The position numbers were made by a program, and so were the translations under genes. The notes beneath the pieces are model-generated. The model searched no databases. It was not told where the DNA came from and worked only from the letters and a program-made list of their open reading frames with translations. This document shows, piece after piece, positions 1 through 6,305 of a stretch of DNA of 20,000 bases. The stretch's first letter is position 1. Every line of letters starts with the position of its first letter. Origin of the DNA: an uncultured virus (IMG/VR IMGVR_UViG_3300012973_000875). Taxonomy: Duplodnaviria > Heunggongvirae > Uroviricota > Caudoviricetes. The stretch is from the IMG/VR virus record IMGVR_UViG_3300012973_000875. The stretch is one strand, 5' to 3'.

Positions 1-2
1 TC

Positions 3-1559
3 CTCCGCGACGCCTCGGTCGTGCGGGGCCAGGAGCACCAGGACCTCTGGGCGCAGTTCATGTCGGGGCACAAGATGCCCACCCCCAAGGTGCCGTTCGT
101 CCACGAGAAGTTCGTCAACCAGTTGAAGGCCGCCGGGATCAACGTCATCCGCGAGGGGACCCGCCACCAGGTGATGGCCCTGACCGACGCCGACGTCCGC
201 GAGATGTCGGGCGACCGCGAGGTCACCTCGGGCGACACGGTCGACTGGAAGGGGGGCCTGAAGCCGATCCGGGGCGGCCTGTTCGACGAGCACCTGACGG
301 GCGGTCACAACGGCAACCGCTGGGCGCACATCAAGCTCCACGAGCCGATGCCCAACCCCGTCATGGAGGAGCCGGTCCGCAAGATCCTGGGCCTGACCGA
401 GAAGGAATACCGCGAGGTCCTGGGGGGCGACCGCCGGATCGCCGGCGCGACCGGCCCGGCGGCGATCGGCAAGGCGCTGGCGGCGATCGACGTCCCCAAG
501 ATGATGGAGCAGGCCCGTGCCGAGATCGCCGGCAGCAAGCGGGGGGCCCGCGACCAGGCGATCCGCAAGCTCCGCTACCTGAAGGCGGCCGATCGGCTCA
601 AGATCCACCCCAAGGACTGGATGCTGTCGCAGGTGCCGGTCCTGCCGCCGATCTTCCGCCCGGTCTCGGTCATGGCCGGCTCGAAGATGCCGATGGTGGC
701 CGACCCCAACTACCTCTACAAGGAACTGCTGGAGGCCAACGACAACCTCAAGACGATGTCCGGGGCGGTCGACGACACCAAGGACGAGCGGCTGGCCCTC
801 TACGACACGTTCAAGGCGGTCACCGGCCTGGGCGACCCGCTCCACCCCAAGAACCAGGAGAAGCAGGTCAAGGGGATCCTCAAGCACGTCTTTGGCAACT
901 CGCCCAAGGTGGGCGTCGTCCAGCGGAAACTGCTGGGAGCCTCGACCGACCTGGTCGGCCGGGCGGTGATCACCCCCAACCCCGACCTCGACATGGACAC
1001 CGTCGGCGTCCCCGAGACCCGGGCCTGGGAGGTCTACAAGCCGTTCCTGATCCGCCGCCTGGTCCGCCGTGGCGTGCCCCGCCAGCAGGCCGCGCAGTTG
1101 GTCCACGACAAGCACCAGCTTGCCAAGGACGCGCTGCTCCAGGAGATGGAGGCCCGCCCGGTGATCATCAACCGGGCCCCGGTGCTCCACCGCTACGGGA
1201 TCATGGCCTTCCGCCCCAAGCTCGTGAAGGGGGACACCCTCCAAGTCAGCCCGCTGATCGTTGGCGGGTTCAACGCCGACTTCGACGGCGACGCCATGCA
1301 GTACCACGTCCCGGCCTCCGACGAGGCGGTCACCGACGCCATGGAGAAGATGCTGCCGTCGCGTAATCTGCTGGCCGCCAGCAACTTCAAGGTCCACCAA
1401 CTCCCCAGCAAGGAATACGGCGGCGGCCTTTACGCGGCCTCCACGTTCCGTGATGATAAGCGGCAGGTCATGCGGTTTAGGACGAAACGCGACGCCATTC
1501 TGGCACGCCAGCAGGGACGGATCGACGTGGACCAGCCGGTCGAGATTCTGGAGGACTGA
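3..1559 (+). CDS. rpoC: DNA-directed RNA polymerase: beta C-terminus fused to the N-terminal half of beta' (5'-truncated by window edge)
   Basis: Frame is open from base 3 (LRDASVVRGQ...). PKVPFVHEKFVNQLKAAGINV resembles the RpoB C-terminus (PESFxVLxKExxSLGxNI). Beta' motifs follow: KPIRGGLFD, WAHIKL, VPVLPPIFRP, KLLG..DLVGRAVI, PVIINRAPVLHR and catalytic FNADFDGDAM (NADFDGD at 1272-1292). Confidence 0.95.
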   Translation, partial: LRDASVVRGQEHQDLWAQFMSGHKMPTPKVPFVHEKFVNQLKAAGINVIREGTRHQVMALTDADVREMSGDREVTSGDTVDWKGGLKPIRGGLFDEHLTGGHNGNRWAHIKLHEPMPNPVMEEPVRKILGLTEKEYREVLGGDRRIAGATGPAAIGKALAAIDVPKMMEQARAEIAGSKRGARDQAIRKLRYLKAADRLKIHPKDWMLSQVPVLPPIFRPVSVMAGSKMPMVADPNYLYKELLEANDNLKTMSGAVDDTKDERLALYDTFKAVTGLGDPLHPKNQEKQVKGILKHVFGNSPKVGVVQRKLLGASTDLVGRAVITPNPDLDMDTVGVPETRAWEVYKPFLIRRLVRRGVPRQQAAQLVHDKHQLAKDALLQEMEARPVIINRAPVLHRYGIMAFRPKLVKGDTLQVSPLIVGGFNADFDGDAMQYHVPASDEAVTDAMEKMLPSRNLLAASNFKVHQLPSKEYGGGLYAASTFRDDKRQVMRFRTKRDAILARQQGRIDVDQPVEILED

Positions 1560-2071
1560 TGGCCGACGACGCACCCGAGAACAACGATGATCCGGTGGCC
1601 GAGGAGCGGGCGAAACTGGCCGCGCAATGGGCCGAGACCTGGGGCGATCCCGACGATCCCCGGACCCGCGCCCGGATCGCCGACACGATCGCCGCGTTGG
1701 AGGAGGGCACGGCGACCGCGCCGGCACCCGGACTGTTCGAGGGTCCGGCGGACATCGACCACATCGTCCAGGTCGTGCTCACCGACGCGCTGCCGACACA
1801 GGTGGCGCTCAACGTGGTCCTGGGCATCGTCCGAGGCGGCCAGCGGTCAGCGATCCGCATGGCCGACCAGATGACCGCGTCGATCGATCCCACCACGGCC
1901 ACGGCGTGCGTCCGGATCGTCCACGTCGCCTCGGACGGAACGATCCAGTACAGCCTCGTCGGCGGTCCGCTCCGGTTCGCGGCGATGACCCACGCGGAAT
2001 TCCAAGCCAAGTACCCGACGCCGTCGCCTGATCACAAGGACGTGAACGATGCCGCACGCGGAAACGATTAA
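1559..2071 (+). CDS. Hypothetical protein (170 aa)
   Basis: ATG overlaps the upstream TGA (TGATG); GC3-rich codon usage like its neighbours; no recognisable motif. Confidence 0.7.
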   Translation: MADDAPENNDDPVAEERAKLAAQWAETWGDPDDPRTRARIADTIAALEEGTATAPAPGLFEGPADIDHIVQVVLTDALPTQVALNVVLGIVRGGQRSAIRMADQMTASIDPTTATACVRIVHVASDGTIQYSLVGGPLRFAAMTHAEFQAKYPTPSPDHKDVNDAARGND

Positions 2072-2843
2072 CTACGACCTGCTCAAGCTGGCCCGGTGGC
2101 GGGTGGCGAATGATCGCGACTTCGAGAAGTCCGCCGTGGTGCCCCCTGGCGGCGGAGCCCCTCCCGGTGGCGACCCCGCCGCGATGGGGGGTGCGCCTCC
2201 GGGCGGTGATCCCATGATGGGGGGCGGAGCCCCCGGCGGCATGGCCCCACCGATGGATCCCGCCGCGATGGGGGGTGCCCCTCCCGGTGGCGACCCCATG
2301 ATGGGGGGTGGCGCCCCTCCCGGCGGCGGTGCCCCGATCGATCCGGCGATGCAGATGGCGATCCAGCAGGCCGTCCAGCAGGCGGTGGGCGGGGCCGGTG
2401 GCGGCATGGCCGGCGGCAAGCCGGGGGCCGGCGGCGGCAAGAAGGCCGAACAGGCCATGCTCGACACCAAGCTCTGGCAGATCATCAAGATGCTCGCCAC
2501 GATGATGACCCACCAGGGCATCCCGGTGCCGCCGGACATCGTCGTCGGGGCTCCTCCCGACCCGGCGATGCTCCAGATGGCCAACCAGGACAACGCCCAG
2601 TCGTCGGTCCCTGGCGGTGGCGGCGATCCGAGCATGGGGGGCGGCGGCGGGGGCGGCATCCCGCCGATCGACCCGATGCAGGCCGACCCCGCGATGGGGG
2701 GCGGGGCTCCCAAGATGGCCGCCGACCGCCAGGCGCACGACCTCGGCTCGGCGTTCGACACCCAGTCGTTCCGGGCCTTGCACAGCCGCTCGGCGTCGCT
2801 GGCGGCGCTGTCCCGCCGCCGCAACCGGGAGACCGCTGAGTGA
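2049..2843 (+). CDS. Gly/Pro/Met-rich low-complexity protein, possible virion or scaffold-associated protein (264 aa)
   Basis: AAGGA SD at 2036-2040; GGAPPGGDP(AA/M)M repeats; K-x-A motifs (EKSA, PKMAA) flank the repeat region. Confidence 0.75.
   Translation: MPHAETINYDLLKLARWRVANDRDFEKSAVVPPGGGAPPGGDPAAMGGAPPGGDPMMGGGAPGGMAPPMDPAAMGGAPPGGDPMMGGGAPPGGGAPIDPAMQMAIQQAVQQAVGGAGGGMAGGKPGAGGGKKAEQAMLDTKLWQIIKMLATMMTHQGIPVPPDIVVGAPPDPAMLQMANQDNAQSSVPGGGGDPSMGGGGGGGIPPIDPMQADPAMGGGAPKMAADRQAHDLGSAFDTQSFRALHSRSASLAALSRRRNRETAE
2143..2340 (+). repeat. Imperfect coding repeats (GGAPPGGDPxxM)
   Basis: CTCCCGGTGGCGACCC occurs at 2161 and 2281; the peptide unit recurs about 4-5 times. Confidence 0.85.
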
Positions 2844-3085
2844 AAGTCGAGATCCTGCGGAACCTGCAACCACTGGTCCTCGACGCGAACCGGGTCGTCC
2901 TCCGCAACAGCTTTGGCGACCCGGTGTTCGTCTGCGTCGAGTACGCCACGAACACGTTCCTGTCCGCCAAGGCGGGGGACCCGGAGTTCGACCGGATCCT
3001 CCAGAACCTGGGGATCCAGAACACACTCGTCGTGGAAACGCTCCACCCCAAGCCGCTCGATGACTGGCGGTTCCCCGGTCGCTAG
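2840..3085 (+). CDS. Hypothetical protein (81 aa)
   Basis: GTG start overlaps the upstream TGA (GTGA); typical codon usage; globular-looking sequence. Confidence 0.7.
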   Translation: MKVEILRNLQPLVLDANRVVLRNSFGDPVFVCVEYATNTFLSAKAGDPEFDRILQNLGIQNTLVVETLHPKPLDDWRFPGR

Positions 3086-3111
3086 GTTAATTAACGTTTA
3101 TCGGGGGCAGG

Positions 3112-5058
3112 ATGCCACTCAAGACCACCGTCGGGCAGTTGCTGATCAACGAGGCGCTCCCGCCGGAGATGCGGGACTACAACCGCACGCTCGATAAGAA
3201 GGGGATCGCCAAGCTCTTCCAGGAGATCGCCGAGAAGCGGCCGGACCTCTACAAGGACGTCGCCCAGAAGCTCTCCGACGTCGGCCGCGACGTCGCCTAC
3301 ACGACCGGCGGCTTCAGCTTCGGGCTGCGGGACATGCTGCCGAGCAAGGTCGCGCAGGTCGCCCGCCAGCAGATCGAGTCCGAGGTTCGGTCGATCCAGG
3401 CCAACCCCCGGCTTACCGACGACCAGAAGGAGGAGGCGATCATCCGCGCGGTGGGCCGCCACCAGCAGACACTCGAAGGCCAGATCTTCGCCGAGGCCAA
3501 GGCGAGCAAGAACCCGCTGGCCGGGCAGATCATGTCGGGGGCACGCGGCAGCCCCATGAACCTCAAGTCGCTGCTGGGGGCCGACCTGCTCTACGTCGAC
3601 CACCACGCCCGCGAGATCCCGATCCCGGTCCTGAACCCGTACCCGCGCGGCCTCTCGCCGGTGGAATACTGGGCCGGGGCGTTCGGGGCCCGCAAGGGGG
3701 TCGCCGACACCAAGTTCGCCACCCAGGAGGCGGGCTATTTCGCCAAGCAGTTGAACCAGATCGACCACCGGCTCGTCGTCACCCAGCAGGATGACGACGA
3801 GGACGACGACGCCAACGGCGCGATTCGCGGCCTGCCGGTCGATACCGATGACGGCGACTCGGCCGGGGCCCTGCTGGCGCAGCCGGTGGGCACCTACAAG
3901 CGCAACACCGTGCTCACCCCGCGCATCCTCAAGGACCTCCAGAACCAGGGGATCAAGCGGATCGTGGTCCGCTCGCCGATGATCGGCGGGCCGGCACAGG
4001 GGGGTGTCTTCGCCCGCGACGTCGGGGTGCGGGAACGGGGCGGCATGGCCCCGCTGGGGGACCAGGTCGGCCTGGCCGCCGCGCAGGCCCTCTCCGAGAA
4101 GCTCACCCAGGGGCAGCTAAGCTCGAAGCACTCCGGCGGCGTCGCCGGGGCCGAGCAGGCGGTCACCGGCTTCAAGTACATCAACCAGTTGATCCAGGTC
4201 CCCAAGACCTTCAAGGGGGGTGCCGCGCACGCCCAGGTCGACGGCATCGTCAACAACGTCACCGACGCCCCGCAGGGGGGCAAGTACATCTTCGTCGGCG
4301 GCGAGCAGCACTACGTCCCGCACGGCGTCGACATCAAGGTCAAGCCGGGCGATGCGATCGAGGCGGGGGACGTCCTGTCCGCCGGGATCCCCAATCCGGC
4401 CGAGATCGTCAAGCACAAGGGGATCGGCGAGGGGCGGCGGTACTTCATGAACACGTTCCGCAAGGCGTACTCCGACTCGGGGATGGGGGCCGACCGGCGG
4501 AACATCGAACTGCTGTCGCGCGGTCTCATCGACCACGTCAACGTCACCGACGAGTTCGGCGACTTCGTCCCCGACGACGTGACCTCGTATTCGACGATCG
4601 AGCGGAACTGGCAACCACGCGACGGCACACGGGCGATGAACACGACCTCGGCGGCGGGCAAGTACCTGGAACGGCCGATCCTCCATTACTCGATTGGCAC
4701 CAAGATCAGACCGAGTATCATAAAAGAGCTTGGTGAATTCGGGGTCAGCAACGTCGAGGTCCATGACGATCCGCCCCCCTTCGAGCCCGTCATGATCCGA
4801 GGGGCCTCGAATCTCCAACACGACCCCGACTTCATCACCCGCCACCTCGGATCCGGCCTCCAGAAGGCCACGCTCGGTGCGGTCCACCTGGGCGGCACGA
4901 GTGATGCAAGCGGAACGAGCTACGTTCCGGCCAAAGTCTGGAATCCGACCGAGTTCGGACGGCAGGGTCTGGTCCAGGGCTGGAAGCCCAAGACCCCGTC
5001 GGTGCTGTCGACGCCTCCGACCCGAGGGCCGTCAGACAATGTCCTCTCACCGCTTTAA
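3112..5058 (+). CDS. rpoC: DNA-directed RNA polymerase beta' C-terminal half (648 aa)
   Basis: TTVGQLLIN, SGARGS, bridge helix GLSPVEYWAGAFGARKGVADTKFATQEAGYFAKQL, trigger loop VGLAAAQALSEKLTQGQLSSKHSGG, VKPGDAIEAGDVLSAG and DRRNIELLSR are all collinear with bacterial RpoC. Confidence 0.93.
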   Translation: MPLKTTVGQLLINEALPPEMRDYNRTLDKKGIAKLFQEIAEKRPDLYKDVAQKLSDVGRDVAYTTGGFSFGLRDMLPSKVAQVARQQIESEVRSIQANPRLTDDQKEEAIIRAVGRHQQTLEGQIFAEAKASKNPLAGQIMSGARGSPMNLKSLLGADLLYVDHHAREIPIPVLNPYPRGLSPVEYWAGAFGARKGVADTKFATQEAGYFAKQLNQIDHRLVVTQQDDDEDDDANGAIRGLPVDTDDGDSAGALLAQPVGTYKRNTVLTPRILKDLQNQGIKRIVVRSPMIGGPAQGGVFARDVGVRERGGMAPLGDQVGLAAAQALSEKLTQGQLSSKHSGGVAGAEQAVTGFKYINQLIQVPKTFKGGAAHAQVDGIVNNVTDAPQGGKYIFVGGEQHYVPHGVDIKVKPGDAIEAGDVLSAGIPNPAEIVKHKGIGEGRRYFMNTFRKAYSDSGMGADRRNIELLSRGLIDHVNVTDEFGDFVPDDVTSYSTIERNWQPRDGTRAMNTTSAAGKYLERPILHYSIGTKIRPSIIKELGEFGVSNVEVHDDPPPFEPVMIRGASNLQHDPDFITRHLGSGLQKATLGAVHLGGTSDASGTSYVPAKVWNPTEFGRQGLVQGWKPKTPSVLSTPPTRGPSDNVLSPL

Positions 5059-5137
5059 GTACGAACTGACGTTTCGACGCGTGCGGGACGACTACCCGCC
5101 CAAGCCGGGCACCCTCTCGATCCTCAAGGAACCACTC

Positions 5138-5782
5138 ATGGCCAGCAAGCTGGGATACACGATCGGGCTGCCCGACCTGGGCGCACTTGACGTCGAAACA
5201 CGGGAACTGATCCTCACGATCGATGGCACCGACCAGACGATCGCGATCACCAAGGACGAGTCGGGCCATTTCCCCACGCAGTACGAGATCATCGTGCCGC
5301 AGGAAGTCCATGTCTCGCTCAAGCTGGTCGATGTCGACGAGGCCGGCAACCGGTCCGAGCCGACCGATCCGTTCGACTTCGAGACGGCCGACTTCACCGC
5401 CCCGGGCAAGCCCGGCACCCTGTCGCTGATCGGCGAGGTCCGTGTCATCGACGACGAGGAGGAGCCTGGCTCCGACTCCGAGCCGGTGGATCCCACCGAA
5501 CCGGTCGACCCGACTGAGCCTGTCGAACCCGTGGATCCAACCGAACCGGTTGACCCCGTGGATCCAACCGAACCGGTTGACCCCGTGGACCCGACTGAGC
5601 CCATTGATCCGATCGAACCGGTCGATCCGACCGAGCCCATTGACCCGACTGAGCCCGTCGAACCCGTGGACCCGACTGCGCCGGTCGATCCGACCGTACC
5701 CGTCGAGCCCGAGCCGGTTGTTCCCGAGCCGGAGTTCCCCGAGCCGGAGATCGGCCCGGAACTGCCGCCCGCCCCGCAGTAA
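5138..5782 (+). CDS. Ig/FN3-like beta-sandwich segment plus acidic Pro-rich (VDPTEP)n tail; possible surface-exposed virion protein
   Basis: AAGGA SD at 5126-5130 precedes ATG 5138 (alternative in-frame ATG at 5039). VDVDEAGNRSEPT...DFTAPGKPG resembles the end of Ig-like/FN3 repeats. A long PVDPTE repeat tract follows. Confidence 0.65.
   Translation: MASKLGYTIGLPDLGALDVETRELILTIDGTDQTIAITKDESGHFPTQYEIIVPQEVHVSLKLVDVDEAGNRSEPTDPFDFETADFTAPGKPGTLSLIGEVRVIDDEEEPGSDSEPVDPTEPVDPTEPVEPVDPTEPVDPVDPTEPVDPVDPTEPIDPIEPVDPTEPIDPTEPVEPVDPTAPVDPTVPVEPEPVVPEPEFPEPEIGPELPPAPQ
5481..5720 (+). repeat. Coding tandem repeat (PVDPTE / PVD units)
   Basis: About 10 imperfect units, including an exact 27-nt tandem duplication at 5528-5554 / 5555-5581. 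Confidence 0.9.
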
Positions 5783-5811
5783 TGACGTAGTCTGTAACAC
5801 GCTGGTAAGAT
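5782..5811 (+). promoter_or_regulatory. Possible sigma70-type promoter
   Basis: ATGACG (5782-5787), 18-nt spacer, then extended -10 TGgTAAGAT (TAAGAT at 5806-5811) in an intergenic gap. Confidence 0.3.
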
Positions 5812-5815
5812 GGCA

Positions 5816-5843
5816 GGGCCAGGCGCTACCCAGCGCCTGGCCC
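5816..5843 (+). terminator. Perfect 12-bp hairpin, possible terminator or 5' leader structure
   Basis: GGGCCAGGCGCT-accc-AGCGCCTGGCCC followed by gcttgcgttcttt (weak U-tract). Confidence 0.5.
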
Positions 5844-5867
5844 GCTTGCGTTCTTTGGGAGGCCCGC

Positions 5868-6215
5868 ATGACTCAGCCCCTGGACCAGTTGCGTGAGCGG
5901 ATCGAGATCCGCGAGATCCGGTTTGGCGACGGCACCGATCGTCCCGAGATCTGGGCGGTCGGTGGCCCCGACGCCGGCCCCGAGGAGTTTCATACCCTGG
6001 CGATCGAGGGGGATGAGGAGCTTCCTCGGGTCCTCGTGGCCGGCGAAGAGACCGATCTCGACACGGCCCTGCTCTGGGTCGATACGCACAGCCCGGTCAA
6101 CCTGCACGTCCTCCGTGACATGCAGCGTGGTGGTCGCGTCATCGAGGCGGCCTTTGTTCCCGTGCGTCCTCCGGAGAGTGATCACGGCAGCGACGACGAG
6201 TCACGAGTGCAATGA
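5868..6215 (+). CDS. Hypothetical acidic protein (115 aa)
   Basis: GGGAGG SD at 5857-5862 before ATG 5868; this is the 3' part of track ORF 5442..6215. Confidence 0.7.
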   Translation: MTQPLDQLRERIEIREIRFGDGTDRPEIWAVGGPDAGPEEFHTLAIEGDEELPRVLVAGEETDLDTALLWVDTHSPVNLHVLRDMQRGGRVIEAAFVPVRPPESDHGSDDESRVQ

Positions 6216-6305
6216 GATGACCCCGCAGCGTAGTTCCTGACGTTGCGCCATTTCGCTACGATGCAGAACATCTAGGACGCAGGACGACGGCAAGGAGGCC
6301 ATCAC

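Noticed and set aside
1560..3111. Intron or intein interrupting a single rpoC
   Set aside because: The upstream ORF has a clean stop, the downstream ORF has its own start, and the intervening ORFs show no homing-endonuclease, RT or intein motifs.
1..5058. Ordinary bacterial rpoB-rpoC or cyanobacterial rpoC1/rpoC2 locus
   Set aside because: Too divergent, zinc sites lost, split point differs from cyanobacteria, and neighbours are phage head genes rather than ribosomal protein genes.
5481..5720. Possible CRISPR array or non-coding repeat
   Set aside because: Units are multiples of 3 nt, vary at third positions and have no unique spacers, so this is a coding repeat.
6234..6262. Sigma70 promoter (TTCCTG-17-TACGAT) upstream of the 878-aa gene
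   Set aside because: The -35 match is poor; it cannot be supported from sequence alone.
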